A DNA stretch of 64,000 nt from Tubulanus polymorphus (taxonomy: Eukaryota; Animalia; Nemertea), in NCBI RefSeq assembly GCF_964204645.1, contig NC_134031.1, forward strand, positions 19,971,910-20,035,909, in the 5' to 3' direction. The notes under the pieces were generated by a model. It was not told the origin of the DNA. It ran no database searches and saw only the letters and a list, made by a program, of their open reading frames with translations. Shown here in pieces: positions 14,361 to 27,900 of the stretch. The position numbers and the translations under genes are program-made. Positions within the stretch are counted from its first letter, which is position 1; the number at the start of each line of letters is the position of its first letter.

Positions 14361-16063
14361 TTCAGTATTTGGGTGGACAGGTTCTGGAGGGGTGGTTAGA
14401 TTCATATCTGTGTAAATATTAAACCCGCATTTCTTTCAGTCGATCCATCATTACGGCAAAAATAATCAGCCACCGGGCACTCCTTCATTCCAGTCATTTC
14501 TGTTCGTTCGACCAGAAAAATCAAACATGTTTCATTTCATGCAATTTTTGCCGTGTTGCAAAAATCAACTATTTGTCAGTTGTTACCGATGATGTTAGTG
14601 TTGATGTTAGTCGATACGCTTCACTGGTTTTCACCGATAGTTCAGAACTCGTACGGCTTCCATACGCCTCAACCTATACCACGTGGTTATTATCAGTTGC
14701 AAATCGGATGAACTTTTTATTTCACTGAACAAAAGTGATTTGGTATTTCCACCGGGAAATGAATGACAGTATTTGGTCGATATGCTCGTCATGACTTGTC
14801 TGCGAATCAGCGACATATAAATTGATGTAACCCCGAATTGACTGAGTGTCTTAAGTGACGCTGTACGCCGACAATAGAACTGTTGATTGGATCGTCACAG
14901 CGCGCCCCCCGGTACGTGATACGTCTGCTCAGTCTGGTCAAACTAATTCTCTTTGAGAAATTACTTAAGCCGGACAGTTTCTGTACTTAATGCGGAATAC
15001 TGGATTCTTGTACGTTATATCTGAAGACTTAATCAAAAATGTCGCTGATTAGAACGTCGGTAATGCTGCTGTAGAAATTGATGATTCCGCTTGGATCCAC
15101 CTGGTCCACCACGCTACTTTAGAACATTCTTAATCTAATCATCGATAGTTTATGCGTCCATGTTCTATAATCTGTTCCAATTTAGAACGCAGCATTTACA
15201 GTAGTGAAAGAAGTATTTTGTAAATTGGTCCAAAAAGACCTCGTCCGTTCTGAATTTCTGTACATGAATAGAAACCTAACTTGCTGTCAATCGCGGTGTT
15301 GTGTCAGACTGGACCAGTGATGACAGCCTTAAAATGTCTTACAGTGTTAATTGATTGGATTCTTAGCAGCTGGAGTCAGGGAAAACAACGTGCATGTCAG
15401 GGAATAGTCGGGGGGGGGGGAAGGCAAGTCAAGTAAAAGTGGCCTCCCTGAAAACTTTGTTGAACGCATAACGAATGCTACAAATAAATTCTTCTCTATA
15501 TTTAATAATATTTGTGTGATCACACCTTTCTTTACGATAGCGATTCTAAATCGATCTGCTTTCATCGAATTTCTCAAAGCGATTGATGTATTCGGAAATA
15601 AACGCTGCTAGTTTATCCGCCGGCAGCGAAATTTAAAATTACGCAAACTCTCGCTAAGATTCCACCATTCCGCAAACATTTGTTTTTGCCTATGGCGCAG
15701 CCGCGTTCAAAGCGTTTCAAATCATTTTAACGTCGTCGTGTTTTTAATGAAACTACGACAACGACAACAATGTCATCTCTTCGACAAAGATCGATTAAAT
15801 GTAGACTTTATCGCGCTGTGCCGGAATTCATGGCTTCTGTTCTAAAAGTACATCGAAAAAAATCTTTCGAAAACGGGTCGTTTTGGTGGGAACAGTTATC
15901 ACTTGATCACACGAGCATTTTTGGCCCCGGGCCAACCGTTCACGTTGGTGCCAAATAGATCCATGCCTGCTCTCTAATTAAGCACAAGCCAAATTCCATT
16001 CAGGTTTGGTCCAGACCAGTTTAATCCGGATCCAAATCATCTCCTATAATGTTAATGGCTATA

Positions 16064-16152
16064 ATATTTGGTGGCCATCCCTTCTTCGTTACCACACCAT
16101 AGATTTGGAACTTTCTACCACTGTCACTTCATTCAGAGACTTCAGTGATTTC
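16064..16152 (+). mobile_element. Relic of an L2/CR1-type LINE ORF2 3' end
   Basis: Translates FGGHPFFVTTP*IWNFLPLSL, resembling the G-x-R-A-F-S-V-A-A-P-x-L-W-N-S-L-P C-terminal motif; contains an in-frame stop. Confidence 0.4.
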
Positions 16153-18432
16153 AGATCATAGAAATATACATAGAGTCTTACAAGCAAGAAAGCTTCCATT
16201 ATAAAAGCTGTTATTGGAGAACGAAGGTAACCTTCTGAGGTTAGAAAAGTATCTCAGTGAAGAGAGAGAGAGATTTGGCAAATAGCTCAGTTTATGCAGG
16301 TATTTAGTGCCTGTGGTGTCAACAACAGTAAATGAAGTGACTGTAAGTAAAGCACCGCAGTGGTTGAATAGTATAACTGTTTATAAGCTGCTATTACCAC
16401 TGTTATCGCGATGGGGCTCATTTATAAAACTATTAGTGAACTGGAGGAAAAAGGCAAGACGGCAGGCCTTCGCAAATCACTGAGTATGCTATGGTTGAGC
16501 TTCTGAAGGAGCTCTCTTGAAAATTCAAGAGAAGGCTAAAAATGATACCTTATTTCTCCTAATTGGTCAGTTCATTTTGTAAACTGCAATAAGATTTGTA
16601 ATTAGTTCTGCCGGGTCTGTTATCGTTAGTTTGAACCTGATTTTGAATATAGTAATGTACAGGGTAGATAGGTCAACTCTAAAGCTTAGCAGAACTGAAA
16701 AACAAGGCATCAATTTTTCTTTGAACGTCCTGAAATAGCATAGCTATATGGTGTTTTTACATAACGAAAATACAAGCCTGTATTACATCATAATATTACT
16801 ATAGCTTATATGATAACGATCATTTATAGGCGGTGATTCACCCGGTTGTCAGCTATGTTCCCCCAGCGTATGAGATGAGATGTTTTTATCAGAGTCCCAG
16901 GTTATACGAAGATTAGATACTTACGTAATATAGTTTACTAGGTATATTCTATTATCACTTCTAGTGAATGTTCTTTTCGCGACTTGAATGAACTAGAAAA
17001 CTAATTTGAAAGTTTATTGATGCCTTGAACAATATGTACATCGGTGAATACTGTCGACAATGAATAATATGTTATTGACAATGTGATCTTGATGATCAAT
17101 AAAATGAATTTGAATTGACCGACACGATCTAGCCCCGATTGCTGCACATCCATTCACATAAATTCATGGAATAAAAAAGTCGATTGCAAAATAAACTCCA
17201 ATCTTCACGATTGTAATTATTTTTTTGAAACACTGATATTGATGACGTATTCAACTCACACTGTTAATACCTAAAATAATGCAGAATACTTAATCAGTAT
17301 ATGAAAGAATTTTGTAACAGTTTTACGGCATCAGAGATGACTTATTGATTTGACTGGTACTACTCCGTCCGTCCGACCGACCGTAACGTAGTCGCGAGTT
17401 TCAATCTGGAAAAATTGATGCCTCTTGAGGTTTTTACGTTGCTTTTTCAAAATCATCAATTTCAATGAGTATAATGGTATTGTTTAATCATCATTAAAAT
17501 GTCAATGCAGGGTTTTCCAGCTCAGATGAATGATATCCACGCGACATAGCTCCTGGGAAAAACCAGGTACCTTCCTGTCTTTTTTTAAAGTGTACAATAT
17601 ATCAACGGCTTTTATTTGTCTATGAAATCTCGCTGCTGTTAGTCGATGTGTGTCGTTCACCTGTTCAAGGCTGACTTGCGGAAGACACGGGTTTTCTAGA
17701 AATCTAGAAGACCGAAAACATATATATGTCAAAGAGTAAAAACTCAGCAGCTGCGGATAAATCAGGGAATCAGTGGCTTTTAAGTTTTTGTATCATTAGC
17801 GTTTCGCCTGTACACGGCACCTCGCATGAAGCGAGAGGATAACTGTCCAAATGTCATAGTTTAGATACTTCATTAAATCATGTTCAATTGTGTATCTGAC
17901 ACAACGTGATGGAAAGTGGAATGATACTGCCACACTTCAGGATTTACCATTTATATGGTATGTTTTTTCTGTTGACACTGTGCATAAATGATATGAATTT
18001 ATTTTAAGACTCTTGTTTAATGGTTCATTCTGCCGATGGAGACTCGGCTATGAAGTTGACTTATCAATAACTAATCACAGTTAGATGATATGCACACGTA
18101 CATAGACCGAGGAGCTGTCATTGAACAGTTATACATTTCCCCTTCATCAAAGTTATCTAATGATGAAAAAAAGGTTACAATCTTTTCTTATTAACGAACA
18201 GCGACTGATCCAGGTCTTCCTTCCAAAGCTAACCAAAACAATATTCTCTATCAATGCTCTATTCCTGAACTGTTTTCTAAGAAGGGTTAAAGTTACACGA
18301 TCTCTTTGATATGGTCTGGATCCATTCCTGATGAACTTCATAATTAATCTGATGGATGTCAGTAAAATGATTTTTTTTTTCGATTACATCAGTTTAAAAT
18401 ATCGTTTTTCTCTTTCTCTTGTATTAATGCAG

Positions 18433-21400
18433 AAAAGGATGGAGATGGACACACGAATTCGGTGCTGAATCGCAGTTTTAAAGTTCGCTCCACATCGAAG
18501 GACAAAGCGGAGAAGAAACAGTCGGTAAGTGAACAGAATTATGCCCTTTTTGCTGGTATGCATAGATAAGTGAATGAATACAACTTATGTTAGGCATAGA
18601 AATTGATTTATAGAGTTTTGTGGCTGCTACAAGGTTCTGGGTTTTGTGGTGGCTACAAGGTTCTGGGTTTTGTGGTCGCTACAAGTTTCTGGGTTTTGTG
18701 GTCGCTACAAGGTTCTGGGTTTTGCGGTCGCTGTAAGGTTCTGGGTTTTGTGGTCGCTACAAGGTTCTGGGTTTTGCGGTCGCTGTAAGGTTCTGGGTTT
18801 TGTGGTCGCTACAAGGTTCTGGGTTTTGTGGTCGCTACAAGGTTCTGGGTTTTGCGGTCGCTGTAAGGTTCTGGGTTTTGTGGTCGCTACAAGGTTCTGG
18901 GTTTTGTGGTGGCTACAAGGTTCTGGGTTTTGTGGTCGCTACAAGGTTCTGGGTTTTGTGGTCGCTACAAGGTTCTGGGTTTTGTGGTCGCTACAAGGTT
19001 CTGGGTTTTGTGGTGGCTACAAGGTTCTGGGTTTTGTGGTCGCTACAAGTTTCTGGGTTTTGTGGTCGCTACAAGGTTCTGGGTTTTGTGGTCGCTACAA
19101 GGTTCTGGGTTTTGCGGTCGCTCTAAGGTTCTGGGTTTTGTGGTGGCTACAAGGTTCTGGGTTTTGTGGTGGCTACAAGGTTCTGGGTTTTGTGGTCGCT
19201 ACAAGGTTCTGGGTTTTGTGGTCGCTACAAGGTTCTGGGTTTTGTGGTCGCTACAAGGTTCTGGGTTTTGTGGTCGCTACAAGGTTCTGGGTTTTGTGGT
19301 CGCTACAAGGTTCTGGGTTTTGTAATGCTTTAAGGTTGTGGATTGTCTCGGGGGATGTTAAGAAAAAATCGTTATGCCAAAAACCATCGACGCAACCGAA
19401 CCGTAAGAATAAGACGAGCAAAACAAATCTTTAGGTCATCGATTGCCAGACTTGGTCTGATAATGAAGTGTCTTCAATCCGCAGGGAATCGTTCTTTAGC
19501 CACCGCCATAAACTATCTGAATATTTAACCAACTGTTCCGAGGCTATGTCTAGCTTCTGTTCTAAGTCTTATAAAATGGGGCTAACTCCATTTCAAATCA
19601 TATACGTACAATAGTCATAAATCCCACTTTCATAAGATAGGCAGGATTTGGGTGGATATATTAGATGGTTTACGGTTGTGTAATTTCTCTAAACCTCTGT
19701 TTCTCTTATATTTGATTGATTCCCTGTGTCATCTAACAGCTCTCTACTGAGATTTCAGACGACGTCACTGTTCGATGCTTGCATCACTTCAGCCAATTTA
19801 CTCGGCTAATGGTCAATATTTTTCATGGCTCGAAATGTATCTCGGGGTGAATCGATTGGTCAGCAATAAGAACTGTAGCACTTGATGAGCGAGAAAATAG
19901 CTCCACTACATTTGAATAACGGGATTCACGATTCTGTGAATTACACATCAAATAGAGATCCACTCGATTTTCAAACCTTGCTAGGACCAGGAGGATCCTT
20001 GCACTGTTGGCTAGGGTCTGCAATAGTGAACCTCTGACCATGGCTTTGAGCTGTTTGAGATATTCTTAGACAAATCTTCGGATCGCTAGTACCTCCCCTT
20101 CTCTCCGCTGCAAGGACCTGATTAGGTAAACCTCAGACCATTGCATTTTGCTCTGTGTCAAAGAGTCTTTCACAAATTCTCGGATCCAAGCCCATTATTT
20201 AACGTGCACTGCATCCAGAGCCCGGTTTGAATCCGGTTCGAACGTTTTTAACTCTCGACTCAGATTTTAACAAGAACAACAGAAAGAGGAGGAATATCGA
20301 GGTGTTTTCAGGAACTGCGGTTGTAGCTCGCATTCAGACGACACCTCGCGAGGAACCTTTATCATGTTCATTCTACTCGTGCCTGTGTTTTATGCCTTCG
20401 TTCTACGCGATGATGAATATCACACAACTCCGCTATAGATGACACGATCGATATTTTTTACCCAAGTCCCCGGGATCCTCACCACCTGGTCCCCGTGATC
20501 CTCGACACCTGGTCCCCTTGCACAGTCATCGATTAACAATCAGATGACTTTAACCCCTCGAAAATGTCGTGATTCAGTAAACTACTCTAGAGCCCGACGC
20601 GGTGCATTCAGATTCAGTTTCATTCAAATCTTTGTTAAAATGAAGTAACACTTATTTCATTTATCTATGCATGTCACATGATACACCTGATATTAATTGC
20701 CTTCTCGCTGTCAATCAAATCACGGTTAATTTTTTTCATATGCTTTTTTATACTAATAACCGTATGTAACATGACATGTGCATGAAATGAAAAAGTCGGT
20801 TGAAACTTCGTCCATTTATCAGAACCTGAATGAGACGAATGTTTGTGTGTTCTGCTGAAAAATGCAGTTATGAATTAACGAGATTTTCGGGGCATATTTC
20901 GAAAATTAGAATTCATACGACTTATTCATGGGTTAATATTAACGTATTCATGCATATGCATTTCATTGGCTTGATGATAGCTACTATTAAACAGTCACCG
21001 CAATGTGCCAATAATACTGCGTAAGATTACTGGGTGTGGTTGCTCAAAGACATAATGGTTACTCTCCAGTCAATTGAAGTCCTCTTTAAACCATGAAAAA
21101 CGTTTCGTTATTAAATATATACATTTATAGAATACGTGTGTCTTTTAGCAGCCTTCCGTAATCAAGCGGATAATTAGAGTAATTAATTGATTCGTAATTC
21201 ACGCGCTAATTGCAATTATCATGTCACTCTGATTGTGTAAAGCCACCAGAGCGCGCTTCTAGATACATCGGTAACTTTCCGGACATCATCGGCCCTGTTG
21301 CCTGAAAGGACAGGTCTTAAACGGAATGGACCGTGTTCAAACTTCTCACTAGTGTGATTGCTTAGTCTATCCATGTACGTATAAACTAGATTATACGTCC

Positions 21401-21830
21401 ATGGTCTATCTATCTTTGATTAGAACAGACTAAACGCGATACCGGCATGCACCACCAGATGGCGCAACAAAACACTGGGTTATTTGTATGTAGTGAAAAT
21501 CAGTTTTCAATGAAATTTGAACTTGATTTTAAGGCTTCCAAATCTGAAAATTATTGAACAAGTTGAATAGATATAACATGCGCTTTCTCACTCAGTTTAT
21601 AGATTTCGCAGGAAATTGATTTACTAAACATGAAAAATTGGTTCTAATTCAATTGAAATGTAGAAGGAAATTAAAGCGTGATTACCCGGTGCCACTAGCG
21701 ACACCTGGTGGATTCTGTCTGTATCTCATTGAATGAAGCGATCACGGCTTTGATTTCCTGCGATCTTTTAGAATATTTTTTACACAATGAGACGAAACAT
21801 TCATGTATCATATACGTTTATATATATATA

Positions 21831-21907
<77 letters not shown>

Positions 21908-24900
21908 TGTATATATAATTCTCATCGTTGTGAAATATTAATCGATGTTTAATTATTAATTGCTCGTTAAAAACTAACCACAGCCCTCACCGCAACACTT
22001 ACAGATTATGGCCAAACACGGCGGCGACGGCAGCAATACCGGTGGCGCCACCACTAGCAAAACTAAATCGGCCACGCACGCCACTTTGAAACCGCCCTCG
22101 GAACAGCGCAGGCGAAATTCGTTGCCCCTGGCGATTCGTGAATGGTTTTTGAACAGCACGAACGAGCCGTCTGCAACGAAGAGTCTCGACCAACCTAAAG
22201 TTGGCAGCAGCCCGGACAGTTTTAGCTGCCTCGAGGCAAGTCACGTCATTGTGTTGGTTGCATGGTCTGTGATGACTCGTTTTTTTTTCCAATCATTTTT
22301 TGTTATTCTCTTCGTGTATTCAAGATTTATTTTTTCACTATTGACTAATCAAAGACCGACTTGACTACCCGGGTACCTGTATTATTTGAAGGTATTTAGC
22401 ACTACTGTAGATCTCAATTCAGCCAACAAAATACTATCATCATCAGAAAAGTTTCAAGAGCCGTGATCACGTAGATTTTGCCCGGGTGCACTGATTGTTC
22501 ACAGTTGTGCCAAATGACCCTTGATTGACATGGGCCAATTTTTAGCACTGTTCAAATTATTGCTTGTTGGTTGTGGAAGTGACTCACCTCACATGCCGCA
22601 GCATCATTTTTATAGCATTTGAGCGAGTGCTTTACACGTGAACGAGCTGTCTAATTAGGCAAGGGCTAAATATGACTCAGATCTGTACGTGATCGCGGCT
22701 TAGTTCATCTCTGATTAAACCATTTTTGGTGTCGGCTAATTTCTCTTCACTCGGCGTGAAAATCTACTCGTAAGCGGATATGCCAGGTAGTCAGGTCCGT
22801 AAAAAACCCTTCCCCGCTTGACGCTGAATCAAATTCCGTCGAATAGCTTCGTGTTGTGTTTCATTTCCTATTCTCTGTGCGTCGTTGGACAGGTAAGAAT
22901 TTTTTATGTTTCAGACACCGAAGAATTTGTCATTACGCGAGACAACTCGGGTTCGGGTCGGAATTATTCGATATGTTCAGCTATCGCTCATATTTTTCTC
23001 TGAAACGTAAGATAAAAGACAGACGCTCGGAGAGAACACGGAGGATAAATCGATTAATCGGGCAGACGCTCGTTCATTCTCGAGTCCGTCTGCTAGTGTC
23101 CCTGAGAGCGCGCGCGATCAACAGATTTCATACATCATCGTTTTATTTGCTTCAATGCAGATGATGGGCTCTTAATTTAGCTTATTATATCATCTTTACA
23201 TAAATTCAGTGACCCCGCATTAAACCGCCATCTGTCATCGGTAGCGCAGTCAGTTTTGTATCCTACGTGCAAATGATTCTTCCGACTTGCGGTTTGAGTC
23301 ACCGATCATTGAAAACTCTGACTATGTTATGCAAAATTCTCTGAAATAAAGTGATAAAGAACTTCAACACCAGATGGCATGACGAGCACTCGGTCTTGTC
23401 AAAATTAGCTCATTTTTGATCAACTTTGTCAAATCATTACATATAAAAAATCACAGGAACCACCTAATATACATTGAATTAATTTTTCTTCTCAGTGATT
23501 GGTAAAGGTTCATCAACAATTGATTTGTATAACAGTTTCAGTAGAGATAAAAACTTATTACTGATTACATCAATACACCGCGGTGCGGTACTAGCAACTT
23601 CCATCACCGATTTATACACCGCACTGCAGTGTAGACGCACTGGTTAAGAGAAAAGTTTACCTAAAACTTTACTACTAACATCGCCTAGTGGATCCTTGCT
23701 TGCCATTTTAGTGGAATCTCTGATCACCACAGCAGCCTTGGCAGTTCCCTGTTGTAGTATTGTATTAGCATTTGTCCTTGACCTTAGAATAAGCTTATGT
23801 CCTCAGAGTTGAAAATATTTTCAATTTTTCGCCGTCACGTCTCTATTCAAGCGTTGTTGAACATTGAATGTATTTCTCAGTAGAAAATATCAGGTCAATA
23901 ACAGCTTATACAAATATACACAAATATAATAACCTGATAGTCTTACAGTCATGTTTTAATCGACGAAAACAATTTAATCGTTTAGAATTATTCGTCATAA
24001 ATTTTTGAGACTTCGAGTAGATCTGTCATCATAAATAGGTATTAATATTAACGCCTACCCTTTTCTATCTAATCTACTGATTAATTTCAGCTTTCTATTT
24101 TACTAGAAATTCCAACCCTAGATAAAGGTCGAATAGGTTATCCGTTGCAACGCAAATATTCAACTGTTTCGTTTCCTAATCCGTGGGCAAGGAATCTTAT
24201 TTCTTCGGGATCAGTAATTCAAGAATGCCTCTCATAGAACTGTTTTGGATATTCAATCTCCCTATTGTAATAAAAGAATGAATTTGGAACGAAACGAAAA
24301 AATATTGAATAACTCAATATTTGCTGAGTGATTTTCATACGCACACAAACCAATAACCTATATTGAGAAAACCTCTTTGTAGTTGTGTATTCCAAGGCAA
24401 TGTTTTATAGTTATGAGCAATCAGTTTTTATTCCGTGAAAAGTACGTTATACCGTTCCAGGTACTTCTTTACTACGCATAGTTAGTCTCACTCACGATGA
24501 AGTTTAGTATTTGTTAGCTCAGCTATTTCGAATTTATGACTCGTTTCCGATGAAAATTGTCAGCAAATATTTAATCTTCAAGCACTTAATTTATGGTTCA
24601 GCTTATCGTAACGTACGAGAACGAAGTCGCGCTGATTCGGAATGTTATTATCATTCGGATATTCCCTATAGACAGGTTAGCTCGAACGGACTCGAATTCG
24701 TCGTCGATCGACGAGATGAAAACCGACCAACATCGGAAAAGTTTCAGTTTAGAAAATCTCGGAATATTCACTAAAAAGAAATGTTACTATTTGAATGAAA
24801 TGGTATTTGGACATAGCACCGTATTAGACAACCAAACATCTTGGATAAAGGTATAATCACCGATCCCTTCATGTTTGGATGAACTGCAAACCAATGGGAT

Positions 24901-27900
24901 ACTGGCAAAACTACTGAGGGAAGCGAGGATTCAGGGATATGAAACCGAAAAATCAAGTTTTAATTTCATTGGAAACAAACTGATTTTAACTACGAATAAC
25001 CCGGTGTTTTGTGGCGCCATCTGGTGTTGCCAATATCCCGTTGTAGACATTTCATTTTCGTGAAATTTGGATTTTTTGGCATCGTGAGAATCGCGTTGGT
25101 AAATTGTTTATTGATCCGAAATAGCTTAGCATCGTTTTGTCTTAACTGCGGAGCATAATGAAACATTTAGAAAAATTGAGTTTATTTAAGACAGGTCTTT
25201 GATTCATGAGTTAAGACTCTTGTACACTGGTTGGATGAAGCAGGTGTCTATTACAGGTGTTTTAAAGTGTAAGGAAACAGGACAAATATTTTTCTTTTGG
25301 GTATTTTCTGCAAAAAATCTTGGAAGGACTACGGAAAAAAAGAAAGAATGTCTAATTGAAATTTTAATGATTGGAGAAACAAAGTTAGTAAATTAGATTG
25401 AAAATGAAGACAGAAATATGTTACCCTGGGCGGCAGATTTGTACTCCAAGCTCAACTCAATATTTCAACTGTTTTGATGTTTTCTCTCTAGTTTTGTAGT
25501 TTATTTTCGTTGCATGCTTGTATTCATATTTCTTTTTTAGAGTAATCGTAATTTTCCCGACGATCCATCATCGTCGTCGCGAAAATCCCGCTATTTCTGA
25601 GAATCGACGAGATTTTCATATCGTTTTTTTGTTGTCCGTCAATTTTTCCAGACTCATCAACGACCGAAGAAATCGGCGTCTGACGAACGAGATGAGAGAC
25701 AACGAACGACGCAGAATCGCCTCAGTACGATATTCAACCCATTCGGGAAGGTCAGTTCATCCTGTTTCAATCTTAAGCCTAGCGCACATCGACACTGCGA
25801 TTGGAGACAACTAGTTGCTACCGAACGATTACCCCGCGCACATCGAAATCTAGTTACAACCGGTCAGTTGCAGCAACTGCATGGCGCGTGTCGATCGTCG
25901 AGATCCAGAGCGCGCACATCGACGGATATGACTGCGATTGAGTACAACCAGTTGCTCAAAAGTAGAACATGGGCAACTGGCTGGAACTGGAGATAGATCG
26001 ACGCTTACCAATCGTAAGCTCGCTCACATCGACACATTCAAGCAACTGATCGTATCCAGCCAGTTCCTCTCATGCGCCGAACACTGCCTTGCAACTAGTT
26101 GTCTCCAATCGCAGTGTCGATGTGCGCTAGGCTTAAGAGTCTCTTATAGATCTAGGTTAAGATTGAACTCATATAAGCTGCGTTCACAATAGCCACGATC
26201 TCATGGAGATGAATTGGCACGGTTCAAGTCAAATTTGGTCTGTGTCTAATTAGAAAGCGCATTCACATGTAAACCACTCAAGTGTGAAATGAAGCGAAGT
26301 TAGAGACTTTCTGCACCAGTCGCAATTCACACCCAATGATGTGACCTAAATCACTATGCTTGTGTGATCGCAGCATTTTGAAATTTGAAATTTAACGAAT
26401 TAATCTACGTAAAAGAAAATTGAATTTGTCGTTTTTTCAGGAAAAGGAAGATGAAACTCGAGTTGAAACGCAAGCATTGTACGATCGACTTCAGTATTAC
26501 GTCCACAACGGATTACCCACAATGCCTGAGTCGCACAAGTTACCGACTCAGTCGAGATTTGATATGACTGTTTTTACGTTAGAGGAACATTGGACAGAAT
26601 TCGTTGCCAATCATGAGGTCGGTTTATTTTCATTTTTAAGTCCATGATAATCATCTCTGATGATTTAAGGCAGGTTTGAATTGGTCTCGACCGATTCCAG
26701 AATTCCCTTCTGGCGCGTTTGTTTTGACCAGAATATGCTTAACCGAATTGTGGAATACCTTAATCTGTAAACTCCTCAATCAATGCTATATCTAAACTGG
26801 AAGACCTTCGATCAAAAGCTCCCTCCCTGAACTGTGCATTAGTCGCTTTATTTCCGATGATAATAAAGAAAAAACTTTACATCAATAATTTAAAACTTGA
26901 AAATCTGTGGTCTTTCCTTAACTGAGTGTTCGGAGCTGTGACCTTATCATTGACCTTCAATAGTGGAATCATGTAAATTGTTGATTGTTTCCAGGAGTTA
27001 CGGTCTAATTCAATTGAAGTGACAAATCCTCAATAGGAATCTAAACCCATAGAAGATTTTGAAGTTTCAACTATTATTATGGATCGAGATTTCTGACATC
27101 GTTGCCTTTATTCCAACATTTTCTTCTATGAAATGAAATATTCATCGAAGATTTTTGCGTCGAAAAACCTAGAAAATTACAGCAAAAATTCACCACGAGA
27201 TACAACAAAAATTCACCACGAGATGCGAATAAACTTCTAAAATGACACCAGCTTACTTAATTATTCTTCACGCTCAAACAATTGAAACTGAACCTTCACT
27301 CATTAAACATGAATGACCACTTTGCGCGGTAATCGACGCGGTGTTGTCATCATTATCGGCATTCATAAACATTTCCTAATCATGCATTCTGCTCACGTTA
27401 TTTTGGCAACCGATCAATACGAACGTTCTATCACCGACGCGATTTGTTTTCATTTCAAAAACTCGAAATCGATTATCAATAAAATTCATCTCATGTTCGT
27501 CGAGTGTTCGCCCGCCGTGGATCATCTCGATGAACTAGTTTTTTTTTCGCGATCTTTACGAGAGATTGAACCTGAGTTTGTGTAACCTTCGAAAAGTCGT
27601 TGATATTCGACCTTCAAACAGACGCCAGTTTTCATAAAACTCTCATTGAAATTTTCAGTCAAACGGCACACTATATCTCGGGGTTTAATCTGCGGGAGAA
27701 TTTAGCGCCACGCTGTGGTTTCCGTTTTTATGGGAGTTTGTGATCTCTTATTGTCCTAAAGCCAGTTTTCTGATTCGGAAAATCCCTTCGAAGGCGTATT
27801 CTTTTCATGCGCTGCTGGATCGAAGTAATCGAAAAAATATTGAACTGCAGGCTACACCCTTCTCACAAAGAGTATAAGCTCAGTTCATTGACCTGTCGTG

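Noticed and set aside
1200-18432. Upstream coding exons or start codon of the RhoGEF (e.g. ORFs at 2765, 8148, 15770)
   Set aside because: None of the candidates I checked combines an open frame with a credible phase-1 donor or recognisable homology; the N-terminus is probably outside the window or unrecognised.
18603-19434. ORFs up to 262 aa
   Set aside because: Cyclic translation of the 26-bp minisatellite inside an intron.
25938-26192. Duplicated small ORF MSTTSCSK… (also 34710-34916)
   Set aside because: Lies in the non-autonomous MITE, starts at TTG, runs through the TIR and has no transposase motifs.
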